In this document: positions 37,201 through 51,300 of the stretch, piece by piece | How positions within the stretch are numbered: the stretch's first letter is position 1 | Layout of the letters: the number at the start of each line of letters is the position of its first letter | Source of the DNA: Botryllus schlosseri | Taxonomy: Eukaryota | Length of the DNA stretch: 64,000 nt | NCBI GenBank assembly: GCA_051294905.1 | Contig: CM119371.1 | Span: forward strand, 17,362,001-17,426,000 | Direction: 5' to 3' | Position numbers and translations under genes: made by a program | The notes under the pieces: generated by a model | What the model was told of the DNA's origin: nothing | Seen by the model: only the letters and a program-made list of their open reading frames with translations | The model's database searches: none

Positions 37201-38918
37201 TAATAGCAATTGTGATGCTCTAGTGTAGGGTTTCCCATCGACATCGCGGAAAAACATAAGAAAATCCGAACAAACCGTGAAACTAGTGAACTCATTTCTA
37301 ATGGAAGTCGAGTATTCTGCCCAGCAGTACACATCACGGTCCTGTGGCCCGCGAAAATACGGACCAACATTGATCAAATGAGGACATGGGTCAAAATATT
37401 GGCATATATGGGAAATAATAAGTACGTAGCTTTCTCAGACATCGCCTAACAAAAATAAGGACACATCTGATAAATAATGACTGTATTGGAACCCATACGC
37501 CTATATACACCTTAGTAATAGAAAGAACAAAAAAACACTTCGTCCTGCCCATCCTTATATTGGCCCTTCAGAGGATGTTCGACATAATTCCTGGTGCGAT
37601 TCTCCCCCACACCCTCTATCAGACTATGGGTCATTTCATTACGGATCTTTATACCAACATTCAAAACACACGCGGACGCACACTAGCATTATAATATTGT
37701 GCGTTGTGCACATGATCGGAAACGGCGAAAGACGCCACTTAAAACTCAATATAAATATTACCAACAATAATGACGATAATAACAGGAGGTCAAAAAGTAA
37801 GGCATTACACGATCCACAAACGAATCGGAATGGACAGTAAATGCATAACCTAAATAAATACAAATTTATATGTATGTAGGCTGTATCGGCTTACACTGTT
37901 CAATTCTGTTCTAGTTACGTGCAAAATTATTTAAAAGGTAATAAATGAATTTTTTTCAATAAAACTGGTACTTGCTTTATCTGTGCGCATTCAACAATCT
38001 ATGTTAATAAATTCCCGGGTAGAGTTGCTGAACGTGATGACTTTATAAGCATTACACGCAAAAGCCAATACTACAAGCCAATCTAAAGGTGTCCAAACTT
38101 TGTGCCATTCATGACCGCATTCCGACTTACTTTCTAGCATAGGCCCCCTTGTAGCGTAAAGCGGAAATGAACATCCTCCATATTCATGCTAGTTTGGTTA
38201 CTGGGCGAATGCACATCGCCGACAGTCCATTTTTATCGGCTACTAAACTGGCAAATTTTTATAATTCGAATTGTTAGCGACATAACAGATAAATTGAACC
38301 AAATATTCAATATCTGATCGAAAATTATTAATGATGAAGCAGCAACGCGAATCTGTTCTCATTTGCGTGTATCATTCGTCTTTTTGTTATCATTTTACTG
38401 GAGTGGGCCTTTATGAAAACCACGAAATTTAGTGCCACTAAATCGCGCCAAGTCCGAATAGAAAATTCAAGTATATTTAATCGTCCCCAAAATAACTAAA
38501 CATGATATTGTTATGCGAATAATTTTGGGTACCCATCTATCTACCAACCTCTCAAAATGGTGCGGCATAGTCAGTCACTGTCCTGAGTAATAGTTAGTTG
38601 TTGACGTATGGATCATATATGGATATAAATTCTCAGATGTTATAGCTATAGCTCACGATTTTTATGTCGCATAGGTTCGTTCAACCTTGTTGTAAAGTTG
38701 TGATCAATCCGATTATTGTTTTCCAGTCTCAAATCGTGTACCTGGCTGATGGTACCAAGGCGCCATTCGTGCACTGGCACTCGTTATATCCTAAAGCAGA
38801 ATCTGACAGGAAAACTGTGTTGCTCGAAGTGCAGCCTACAGGATCCACGTATAATGGGATGTACAACATGAGATCTGAGAGTCTAGCTGCGGCGATTCTA
38901 TGTCAAATACATATTTGA
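34224..38918 (+). CDS. Secreted C-type lectin-like gene 3 (exons 34224-34383, 36416-36651, 38727-38918)
   Basis: Exon 1 (absent from the ORF track) MNPLTWFVTGVIILANPIDALPYGGDQFPTAEDIMQRLSYLEYRLSRKMLQDT; same splice phases as paralogs; alternative in-frame ATG at 34215. Confidence 0.88.
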
Positions 38919-38989
38919 ATACATGCTGCTGTGTTTCGTACTGGATTGATTGAAATACATTTTCGCGCATCGATTTCACATGCATTTTA

Positions 38990-39410
38990 AATTATTATTA
39001 TTATTGATGAAAAGTTGAGTGACGCTTTTCTCCTGTGAGGCCAGGTGCGTCACGGACTAGAATGAGCGATCAATATAGGATTTACAAGTAAGTACCACAA
39101 GATAGCACAAATTCTGCAACATGGGATAACATTTCGGGGATGATCAGTAGATTTTCGAGAGTTGTAGTGATTTTGAGCTCGCGCGTCCTGTCTAATAAAA
39201 AGTTCCGATGAAAATCATATCTATTGCAGTGCAGCAAAAATGCTCGACTGTTTCAGGTACTGTACAATGGTTGCATAGGTCGGTGTCGCTACATCCAATT
39301 TTATATAAATGCGCTTTCAGGCGGCAATGGCCTGAACGAAGCCGAAATATTAATCGTTCGTAAAGCCTATGTCGATGCATCGACGGAAAGTGGCCATCAG
39401 TCAATGATCT
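38990..39410 (-). mobile_element. 3' fragment of an I-group-like LINE
   Basis: FRLRSGHC.L.AHL.KIG...C.HC...ETVEH; (TAA)n tail near 38990-39005. Confidence 0.8.
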
Positions 39411-40354
39411 GTGGAAGTTTCGATAGTGACCTCCTCGATCATTTCGTTGATATTCGGCGTTCCAGGTCGCTCTACAGTATTTTAAATGAAACCGACGTTA
39501 ATATAACCTCGCTCTATTTACCGATGTACGGGGTTTAGGTATCGATGCTGCGTCACTCAGTTCGTGTTTTGAAGTAGCCTACAGGTTCATTCGGAACTCA
39601 CAGAAATCAGGGGTGCATTTGAACTTTCCGAACAAGGCCACTATTGAGGCTGTTGCGACATGTTGCCAGATTCTTCAAGCATTCGGGATTTTTTCAACCG
39701 TCTATTGATGTGCCGCAACATATTTGATGAGTACCACTGGAATCAGGCTTTATTTGGAAAATCAGGATCTTATCAACAGCTTAGAAATCCTCTCTTGTAT
39801 TTGTACCAATCGCCAAGACTGAATTCCGTAAAAGTAGCGGTATTCAAATAAAATGACGTTAGAATGATTGGCATGTATGAGTAGCATAGGTAGGGCTACT
39901 CAAATCGAACACGAGGTGATTATAATTATGGAAATTATCAGTCCTGCTGCACCAGTCAGCATTTTGAAGTATAGCGAAATCCTTTTCTCTAGTTATGTGT
40001 TCGGTACAGTTTTGTTTTGTCGCGGGAGCACTTGAACCCCAATTTGTCATTTGCCTAACATGGAATTTAAAATTTGGAACCGTACCCACAAGTCGCTGTG
40101 TCATTTCGTCAACTGAAAATATATATTGCGATTAAAATTCTTCTTCGACCGTCACTTTGATGAAACGCAAAAGACACGAATTTGAAAACCGATAGCACGA
40201 TTGCCATATCGCAAATTAAGGATTATTCACCCAATCAATATTGGTATGCTGGAACTCCCATGTAGATTTCATTAAAACAGTGTCGTGTCGGTATAAGCAT
40301 AGGCGAACATTACATAAAAGTATCATGCCTGTCACGCGGAAAGGAGCCGCAGCA

Positions 40355-40430
40355 GTGGCTAGTGGCGCAGTTAGTTAAGCGCCGGCGTCACGACCCGAAT
40401 GACAGTGGTTCGAACACCTGTACGGACCAA
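40355..40430 (+). mobile_element. tRNA-like SINE head or tRNA pseudogene
   Basis: A-box-like TGGCGCAGTTAG and B-box-like GGTTCGAAC at tRNA spacing; stems imperfect. Confidence 0.5.
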
Positions 40431-42336
40431 CTTCCCTGCGTGCTGTGTGGCATGTTTATCTGGGATCAGTGCTGCAGTGTGAAATTCAGCCGAGCCAAAA
40501 ATCGGCAGCAAACACCTAAGATACAGACGAACTGAAAACGAGATTGACCGATGGTGGGAGTGTGCGAGCGTGGTAGTCATCCGCAATATGACACGAAGAC
40601 CGCAAAAGACACGATGTTAATGAAATTGCCCTGTTTGCGCCAGTCTTGTGGATAAAACAAAAAACAAACATACTTCCACCTTCGTAAGTATAAACGATGT
40701 AGCAAATATTGGCTGCGTATTTGAAGTAGGAAAACCAAACAGTGTCATATACTCTCAATTATATTTACTGTCATCTTTTTCACCTGACAGTACCTTGTAA
40801 ATGTACCTCGAATGTTTGCTACCGTCAGACATAGTGGAATAGAATTGACGGTAGCTGCAAGCCTGGAAACGATCTAGCAATCCATCTTCTCGGTATTGGA
40901 GATGAGATGCTATGGGAATGAAACGGCAGACATGGCCGTTACTATATGTTGATTGAAACCATGGCAGTAGAACACTTTCAACGCCACATTTCCTTTCCGC
41001 AGATGAACTCGAGAGTTTTATATCGTAATTAGAGTACAGTCGAAATCGTACAGATAACACTTGACAATATCTGATTCAGACTCGATCGTCAAAACTATAT
41101 CTGTTGCATTTCCATTTGGTTCCATGTCCATTTGGCATTCCACCTCGCAATAAATTTTAATCGTGGCATATCTTATTCTCAAAATCTTAAGTGTCGAAGC
41201 ACGCAAAGCTTCTAGTTACAATGAGAAGTTCACAGTAAACTTGAAAAACTTTTTTATAGTAAATTAAAAGTTTCAAACTCCTGTGCGTTCACATCTACCT
41301 TGGAATTGAGCCAAATTTGCTGCGCAGCATTTTTTAGGTAGCCTAACAATTCTATCGGTGAATTCCCGGAATCCGTAAATTTTTTATTTTCAAACAATCC
41401 TGCTGTAGGGACATTGTCGGCAATCACTTGCATTATGTGAATGGAAAGACATGTAACACGGTGTAATGGTGCTTTAACATAATTGTTAGCGCCCCGCTTC
41501 GACATGCGGTCAAATTGATGAAGCGCAACAGGTACGGATTCTATGGCCGATAGCACGTTTCGGATATTGTAAATTTAGGATGCTCTTGATTTATAGCATC
41601 AACTATCTAACATTTCTTGATCGGTATTGGGATATAGGCTTTTCCATCGTTAGTTCCTAAAAAGTATAGACAAATGAAATAAGCATAGAGCCATATACAA
41701 AAATTACCAGATTGAGCTATACTTATAATGAAGAACTGGCATCGCAGTAGGAGGCAACATCGGGCGTGCTTCGATCTTCAATATACTCTTGAACCATTCA
41801 ATTCACTATACTTTGATCTCCTGTGATTCGTGTGGTAGGTAGAAACGATGCTTACTTCATCGTCATCATTCCCAGCCGAAAGTAGCCTGTAAATATTTGT
41901 CAAATGTTTGTTACCATGGGATACAGTCCGATTATTGCTATAACCATAGCATGGACAGTGGTAACTTGAAGTCTGAAAATTATCTCACGCTCCATTACTT
42001 CAGTATTGGAGACAAGATGGGACATGTGTCAGCGAGTCAAGTGTCCGGTGATTTACTAAACGATTGCAAATGCCGCCCGAGCTATAACGTGGATATCCTT
42101 TTATTCAGCGTCTTCAAAACCTAGAAAGCGTGAACTCCCAATGACGATTCGGCAAACTATCATTGCTGATTAATCGCACTGAAGCAACGTGTCCCGTCGT
42201 CTAATATATCGATTCCAAACAAGAAAAGATATATGCATCAGCTGAGGAATTCTTATCATTGCACGTGACACAGGCTACCTCATCATCTGAAATGAAACAT
42301 GTTGAATTCAGAAAATCGTAGCAAGTAGCAGTTACT

Positions 42337-45300
42337 ATGACTACCTTCATGTTGTTTATTACGGGGGTTATATTGTTCGCAAATTCAATTATCGCGTTAC
42401 CGTACGATGGCAATCAATTTCCCACCATCGAAGAAGTCATACAGAAACTTTCCGATTTGGAACAGAGACTCTCCGATTTGGAATATCGCCTCAATTTGAA
42501 GATACTACAACACACAGGTATTCGTTTGCTTGAGCATAAACGTTTCCAATTTTATTAATTGTGTGTTTTATTTATTTTATCCATGAAATTCCCTGTATTC
42601 GTAATTATAATATTCATCATAGTCAACAGCTCTAATATTCTATGTATGTACGATACGATGTGATGTAACGAACAGATAGTAGGATATCGAAACTACCAAG
42701 TACAGTCTTGCAATCTAACATCCACCTCGGTCTAATTCCCGATCTTCCGGTTATCTTTTCTTTTGGTTAATCTTTTTTATTATTATTAATATGGTAAAAG
42801 TAGTAGTGGCGCTCATCTCCCGTAAGGGCTTGGTGTGCCACGGTCTATAATTACTATAATAAGTTACTTCGAAATATAATTCATATTCGGCTCTATATAC
42901 CGATCAAAAATTAACGGAGTCTATGAATGATATCACGATTTCAGTGACATGGTTTTCTTTATATATATGATTACTGTTTTTACCGATTCCTTTCATTCGC
43001 TTTCCCTAGTCGTTATTAAACGAGTATTTTTCTGTGCTCACGTCATACAACAGCGACGTAGGAGAAGTAGGTAGGGTTGTGTTTAAAACAAAAATCAATT
43101 TAAAACAAACATATTCAAAACATACTTTTTTTTCTAAGCCGTGACGTCACGCATATTCAATTGCGGCGTCAAGGTGGATTGATATTCACAATTGAAAATA
43201 TAGGATAAATATAGCTCCTTTGACAAAATAGGCTTCCAACCCCTGTCATATGCGGACCTTAACCAGGCTAGGACGACATCGTCTTACAGCATTTTTACGG
43301 TCGGCGTCGTTATCATCAGAACATTCACTCCGTACCAATGATCTTTAAGCTCTATAAGTAGTGATGGGAAACAATTTTTGTGGCCCTCAATCGTATTGCG
43401 TCATGTCATCCGAATTACCTCGCCTATTTCACATTCTAAGAGTTATTTTTTCAAAAGTGACCTTCGCTGGATGTGAACTTTGGACTTTGAGTGGGTCTAG
43501 TTTCACGGCGATCACCGCTAGACTATCGCGAAGACTTGATGCAGCTAGATGTTTTGAGAATATTATTGCTGACCGATTGACACTTTCAAATTTCGCGAAT
43601 ACGACATGATAATATCAATGCCTACGCTTTTGGGAAATAATGACGTTCTGACTTTCAAATTCTGCATATGTATGTATATCGTATATGTATGTATGTATAT
43701 TGGGGGTTGTGGTGCTTAGCAGCTACGGCCTTGTGTATCAGACCAAATTGTTATTGGAATATGCACTCCATTTTCCCACCGCATTATAGTTGGCTCTTGG
43801 TTAGGAACACAAAATCAATCACTGGTAAAAGCTAGGGTGTAGGCCAGGGGTTGCCGAGATGTTATACAATGTCTATGAGCACATGGTTTCGTAGTGTTAT
43901 GTCCTTCAAATAGTTTCGCTGCGAGCTATATCGAGAATTTTGAAGTAAAAAATGCCCAACCGTCTCTATAACGCCGCATGTTGCACAAAGGCCATCGTCA
44001 TGACAGCCAATTCTATGTAAATGTCCGTTCAGCTTGCAATGCCCAGTCTGAAGCCGTAACAATATCACTGTTTCCCTTCTTGATAGTCCCAGTGGCTGCG
44101 ACATATCATGTGGGGCGTAAATTCGCTTGTAGAGATTTCGGAATCATTTGTTTCAAATTCGTTTTTCCATCTTATGTGAATCAGTTCTTTGATAATTTGA
44201 CTCCAACCCAACAGTGACCTGTAACCCAAATCCTAAGTCCAGGTCCCTGGATGCTAAAGATATCTGCAAGACATTAAAATATCATCGACTATAGCGCGTA
44301 CATTACTGGTTTTAGCCTACTAGTTTCGAGCATAGCTAAGGCGCTCAAACTATCTGATAAAACTGCAATCCCGCAGGTCTGTATGGATCCTCGGCGCACG
44401 ACATCAATTATCCAATTAGGACTCGCGTTTGTATCTATTAATTCTGCTGTCAGGATCGATATCCTGACACAGTGGTTCTCAACCTTTTCGACCTCGCGGC
44501 ACTCTTTTGTGGTATTATGATATGCTTGATTGATCATAGCGATGGGTTCGGTATTGTTTTGATGACAGACAAGCATGTGGTCTGCTGGTAATACACTTGG
44601 AGTTCGGCTTGTAAAGGTATCTGTCTGAGTAGTCAGTCTTACAGCTAGAAGCTCGGTGATAATACTACATGGTGGCAGCGGATAACTTCGAACTAGTCTA
44701 ATAACCAGATTATGGCGGCCATTGTATTAGGTCCGGGGGATCTCACAATAATAGGCGCCGTGAATGAGGCAGAAGCCTGGCTGGAATGGAAAAAGAAATT
44801 CCTGATCTTTATCGATGCGGCAGGTCATGCTGAATCATCTGGGCGCCAGAAAGTTGGATTACTGCTGATTCATATAGGCAAGGAAGGATCGGATGTATAC
44901 GAGGAATTCGTGTTTGCTGAAGGAGTCGCAGCATCAGACGGTGTGGAAGCAGTTGCAGCAGAAGACAAAACTGACCTTGATACCGTCTTGAAGAAGTTTG
45001 ATGAGCGTTTCAAGGTTCGGGATGGCAGGTTTGAAGCACACCTTCAATTCTTCCATTTCTTACAACGCAAGGAGGGTGAGTCATTTGCATCGTGGGTACA
45101 TACAGTCAAAAAGGCTGCACGTAAATGCCAATTCCCTCCAGCAGTATAATGACGCAACTCTTCGGGCTAAACTTATAGTCGGGTGCGTAGATGATACTGA
45201 GATGTTGGACAAGCTATCTGAAATCGAATTTGATAAGCTAACGCCTCAGAAAATTATCGACGTTGTGACTGCCCGAGAGGCGAGACGGAGCAATGCTGAT

Positions 45301-48300
45301 CGGAGGTCTGCACCTACAGCAATAGAAGCGGTGGCAAACAAATCAAGACATCAAACCTCTAAGAAGCCTGCAGTTGAAACCGTGCCATTTATAAACTGCA
45401 CATTTTGCGGTCGACGGCACAAACGAGGCTGTCCAGCATCGTCAGTAAAATGCTACAGATGTGGTAAAACTGGCCATTATATCGAAAGGTGCAGAAGTAG
45501 AAATGTACGCGTGCTGGATAGCGAAACGGTTGAGGAAGAACCAACCGCTGGGTGTCATGACGAGGAAGAACTTCCAGATGCAATGTGTGGAAGTGTGGGC
45601 GAAATCCAAGAAGCAGAAGCATCGGTAGGTTTAGCACAGGCTACTAAGACTATCCAGTGGACTATCATGTTGAGAGTCGTTATTAACACTCTAAAATGGA
45701 TTATTGACTCTGGAGCGGAAGTGTCCGTCATGCCGCGGCGATTGTACAAGAGACAATATGGGCCTATACAGAAATCTGATTGACGGCTCATTGGAGTTAA
45801 TCGACAACCTCTCAATACTGTTGGTTATGTACGGATGAAACTCCGCTCCGACTTCAAGACGTTAACAGAGAAAGTCTACATTGTGTCAGATGCAGATAAG
45901 CTACTCCTTGGCGCTGCTGCTATACTCGAACTTGGACTCCTTCAAGAGTGCCCGGACGTTCAAGTATCCATCAGGGCAGTCAAACTTACCCCTGAGAGTT
46001 GGTTGCGGAGCAAAGATGACGTCAAGAAAACATACCTAGAGCTATTCAAGGGCATTGGCAAACTGGGAGAACCGTTTACTATTCACATGAAAGACGGCGT
46101 TGAGCCCTTCTGTTTGAATTCGCGACGTCGTGTGCCAATCCCAATGCGCCAGAAACTCAAAGAGGAGATAGAAAAGCTTGAGGAACTCGATATCATAGAA
46201 AAAGTTACGGGACCTACAGATTGGTGTGCTCCAATCGTTGTCGTAGCAAAACCAGACGGAAAGGTACGACTGTGTGTGGACCTAACCAAGCTCAATAATG
46301 GGGTAAAAAGGGAGCTGTACCCTATGCCTACAGTCGAAAGTACATTGGGACAACTGTCAAAGGGGACGGTCTTCACTAAGCTAGACGCGAATTCTGGCTT
46401 TCATCAAATTGAGCTCGCCCCTGAAAGTCGGAAGTTGACAACGTTTATCACACCGTTTGGGAGATACCAATTTCGTCGCTTACCATTTGGCATCTCGAGT
46501 GCACCGGAAGCGTTTCAAAAACGTATCAGTGAAATCCTCCATGGAATTCCAAACGTGATTTGCCATATGGATGACATCCTAGTAGTTGGTACTCAAAGTA
46601 CGCACGATGAGACACTGAAGGCTGTATTGGACCGTCTTAAATGCTCTGGCATGACTCTAAATGAGAAGAAATGCATCTTTGCTGCAACTAAACTTGAATA
46701 TCTCGGTCAGGTCATTGGCCAAGATGGTATCAGCAAAGACCCCAAGAAGGTGCAGGCTATTGTGAATTATACTGCTCCTACTGATAAGACTGAACTTCGC
46801 AGGTTCCTGGGAATGACAAACCAGCTCATGAAGTTTAGCCCTAACCTAGCGGAACTGACTATGCCGTTAAGAGACTTGTTGGCAAAGAAGGTTGAGTGGT
46901 ACTGGGGCTCGTCACAAGAGGAATCGTTCGCAAGAGTGAAACGCGATCTGCCTACCGATGTTACGTTAGCCATGTATTGCCCAGACAGGGAAACTGTGCT
47001 CTCGGCTGACTCCAGCAGTTACGGCCTTGGTGCCGTTCTAATGCAAAGACAAGATGACAATAACCTTCGCCCAGTCGCATATGGCAGTGGATCAATGAGC
47101 GATACTGAACAACGGTATGCCCAGATAGAAAAGGAGGCTTTGGCAATCACTTGGGCAATGGAGCACTGAAGAGAACTGCTACTGGGTATTGCTGACCTGA
47201 AAGTTGAAACCGACCACAAACCACTAGTGCCTCTGCTGTCAACGAAATCGCTGGACGAACTACCTGTCTGATTTCAAAGATTCAAAATCAGGTTGATGTC
47301 CTATAGCTTTGACATTTTTCACACGCCTGGAAAGTCGATGTACACTAGGATTGTCCAAAATTTGGAAAATCTTACAAATCCGCCGTTGTAATGTCTTATT
47401 CTATAGATTATTGATAAAAAACGACACTGAGCCAGAAAGAAGCTCACAGGAAGGCCGTTAAGATTTCGTGCAAAGCGTTTGAAAGTAGCTGCCGTAGAAT
47501 GGGCGTGCCACCGACCACAGAACGGCGAGAAGACTAGCAATCACGAAACCACGGCTCTTGATTGGCTAATCGGCTATGCTTCAATGACCACGACAGTAGC
47601 AGCTTGCTGTGTAGGTGATCAAGGAGTCTGCTACCGGCGGCGATTCTGAAAGCCCATTGCATGTAGGTTGACAGATAACGATTTAGGATTGATTCAGGGT
47701 ATGTTGAGGTACGAAATACATGATGAACAAACAACAGCTGCTTCACAAAAACGTCTAAAGCATGACCGCTTTATTATGAAGGGAACCGCCGTAGCCTGCA
47801 TGCCTTGTTTTCAACGAGAGAAAGCATAGGCGCTTATGCAAGTAGCGACGGATTCCTAGTTTCAGAAAGATATCCTTATTGAATACAAAGATAAAGCTTA
47901 ACAATGACACTACAACTTGTGTGATCTTATTGGGCTCAGGTTGTAGTGCATAGTTGAAGTTTTGAAAGCTCTAAGGATCGGCTGAATCAGCGGGTTATGC
48001 TTGGCACTTGTCAGATGCTTGCATCAAAATGTATTCACTTGCAAGTGTTGTCAAAGTCCTTGATGATGACGCAGAAAAGAGGTGTAAAAGTAAGCACATA
48101 CTATGCTGGACATGATATGGCAAAGTTTTTAATGTCGCGCAGAAAAGGGGTGTAAAAGTAGGCACAGACAATGCTGCATAGTGCACTGCACCCAGCATAG
48201 TTTGTACATCATATCAAGCATAGTCTGTGCTTGCATTTAAACGTTGTTTCTGCGGCATCATTAGGGACTTTGAAAACACTTACAAGTGAATTCAATTTGC

Positions 48301-51300
48301 TGTAAACATCTGACAAGTGCCAAGCCTAAGCGACGTTTGATTCAGCCGATCTCTAGAGCATTGAAAACTTCAATTATGTACTGCAACCTGAGCCCAATAA
48401 GATCACACAAATTGTAGTGTCATTGTTAAGCTTTATCTTTGTATTCAATAATGATATAGCCTTTCTGAAACTAGGAATCCGTCGCTACTTGCATAAGCGC
48501 CTATGCGTTCCCTCGTTGAAAACGAGGCATATAGGCTACGGCGGTTTCCTTCACAATAAAGCGGTCACGCTTTAGACGTTTTTGTGAAGCAGCTGTTGTT
48601 GTTCATCATGTATTTCGTACCTCAACATACCCTGAATCAATCCTAAATCATTATCTGTCAACCTACATACGATGCGCTTTCAGAATCGCCGCCGGTAGCA
48701 GACTCCTTGATCACCTACACAGCAAGCTGCTGCTGTCGTGGTCATTGAAGCATAGCCGATTAGCCAACCAAGAGCCGTGGTTTCGTGATTGCTAGTCTTC
48801 TCGCCATTCTATGGTCGGTGGCACGCCCATTCTTCGGCAGCTACTTTCAAACGCTTTGCACGAAATCTAAACGGTCTTCCTGTGAGCTTCTTTCAGGCTC
48901 AGTGTCGTTTTTTATCAATAATCTATAGAATAAGACATTACAACGGAGGATTCGTAAGATTTTCCAAATTATGGACAACCCTAATGTACACAGCAGACGC
49001 GCTATCACGATGCCCTTTGCCGACAACAGATGGCATCGAAGACACTGATCTTCACAAGGAAGCGGAAGCATGTGTGCGTGCTCTAGTAAGCGGGCTGTCT
49101 GCTACTGACCGACGCCTGGAAGAAATAAAGAACGCTCTGAAAGAAGACAAGACACTTTCGACTGTTATGACATATGTTGTCGGAGGATGGCCAAAGAACA
49201 AAGAAACTTTAAATGGACCATTACGTATCTTCTGGAATCTCAGAGACGTGTTAACAGTACATGACAATCTCTTGCTAAAAAGCAACAGACTCGTCATACC
49301 ACCGTCGTTGCGCGAAGATGTTCTGAAGCACCTTCACCAATCACACCTTGGAATAACCAAGACCAGACAACTTGCAGCTCAAGCTTGCTGGTGGCCGGGT
49401 TATTCAAAAGACATTGAACATGCAGTACTCAACTGCAACCGCTGTGAAAAGCATCGACGAGATCGAACTGAACCAATGATGGGGACCGAATTTCCGAGAC
49501 GCCCATGGAGTAGAATTGCTGCAGATTTTTTTCAACTGGAGGACAAGTACTACCTTTTGATCATGGATTACTACTCCAGAGACATAGAACTGTTCTCAGT
49601 GAAGAAAACGATCTCGTCACGGGACACAATTTCGAACTTCAAGAATATGTTCTCTCATCATGGTATCTGTGATGTTTTGCTTACTGACAATGCTTCAGTC
49701 TTCGTTTCCTCTGAATTTTCTCAGTTCTCCAGAGCCTGGAAGTTTCAGCACCTCACCTCTTCTCCGAAATATAGCCAGGGCAATGGCTTCATCGAGAGAG
49801 GAGTGCAAACTATAAAGGCCCTGCTCAAGAAAACAGATGATGTCTATCTGACGCTACTGAACTATGGGAACACGCCCTTGCACACTGGGTTATCGCCCGC
49901 CCAATTGAGCATGGGGCGCAGATTGAAGACAAATGTGATTTGTCATCCTGACCAGCTACGACCACAGACTGTTGATGCCGAAGATCTTCGAAAAAGGGAG
50001 ACGGAGTATGGACAGAAAATGGCTGCGAGTTACAATAAAAGACATCGTGTGGTTGAGAATGATAGATTCGGAATTGGAGACCATGTATACATTCCTGATT
50101 GCGAAAGAATGGGTACCATCAAGTAGATGCATGAAAATCCTAGAGCGATCATCGTTGAAACGAACAATGGACTAATGAGGCGTAACCGAAAACACTTACG
50201 GAAGTACAACCCTCCGGAGGAACCAAAACCATCTGTTCCGCATCAGAATAAACCGGTTGAATATTGTCTTGTAGCGCCGAAGAAACCAGGACACCATCAA
50301 GAAGCCAACGGTTCAACTGAACTTGCCGGAGAGAATCCCGCGAGACGATCGTCGAGAATTAGAAATCCGCCTCAACGATTTATAGAGCAATATTAATCAT
50401 ACACAGGTTTCAAGATCAGGGGCAGAATAATCCCCTAACCTGTTGTACACCTCGGGAGTAGTCTACCTCCCTGGTGACTCTGTCTGTTAAGTTTAAATGC
50501 CCTGCTCTTGCTAACCTTGCAGGGGTAGTGTCACCTTGTATATATTGTTATCACTGCTGTATTGTCAATTGTATATAATGTAAGTAGTGTCGATGTCTCT
50601 TCCACTAAAAAAGGGAGATGTGGTATTATGATATGCTTGATTGATCATAGCGATGGGTTCGGTATTGTTTTGATGACAGAAAAGCATGTGGTCTGCTGGC
50701 AATACACTTGGAGTTCGGCTTGTAAAGGTATCTGTCTAAGTAGTCAGTCTTAGAGCTAGAAGCTCGGTGATAATACTACACCTTTGGAAACGAAAAATAG
50801 TTCGCGGCACACCAGCACAGTGATTGTGGATTTTTTCAGATTATGGCACCTGTAAACTACTATAGAATACTTAGCAGTACCCATTCCAGTAGTAAAGACG
50901 ACTAACGTGACAACCTCGGCAGTCAATCCGAAATGTATCTGTATTAAATCGAACAGTTTTACCGAAAACAAAACAATATGTTTAATTTCATCACAAACAA
51001 AGTCTGTGCGAAATTTGCGCTTGACTTCTAGCGAATATCCTTCCGATGTCTCGATGCGCATCTTCAATAGAAAGTAACCGCTCTAGTTTTGGGGTTTCAT
51101 GTTGACCAGAACGGAAATCCTGTTTCGCCCAGATACGACGTGGAAAATTTAAGTAAAATCACAATTGCCTTTTCTCCAATGCAATGATATACCTCCTGAT
51201 TTGTCATCCAAAATTCGTCGACAGCCACCTCATTGCACCATAATTTCAAGCTTCCGTCATTACGGATGTCAATAAGCTATATACCTCCTCTTTGAGATTT

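Larger units (their letters stand above)
44508..50780 (+). mobile_element. Full-length decayed Ty3/Gypsy LTR retrotransposon (Mag-like), inserted 38 bp inside a hAT element starting at 44470
   Basis: 162-bp TG..CA LTRs (44508-44669, 50619-50780; 4 differences counted); PBS TGGTGGCAGCGG (tRNA-Leu type); PPT AAAAAAGGGAGA; TSD TCTTT/CCTTT; order gag-PR-RT-RH-IN. Confidence 0.95.

Noticed and set aside
40355..40430. Functional tRNA gene
   Set aside because: Acceptor and T stems pair poorly; better explained as a SINE head or pseudogene.
48789..48983. N-terminus of the 445-aa ORF as a novel integrase fusion
   Set aside because: Read-through from the non-coding foldback arm; pol resumes at the TSD (MYTADALSR).
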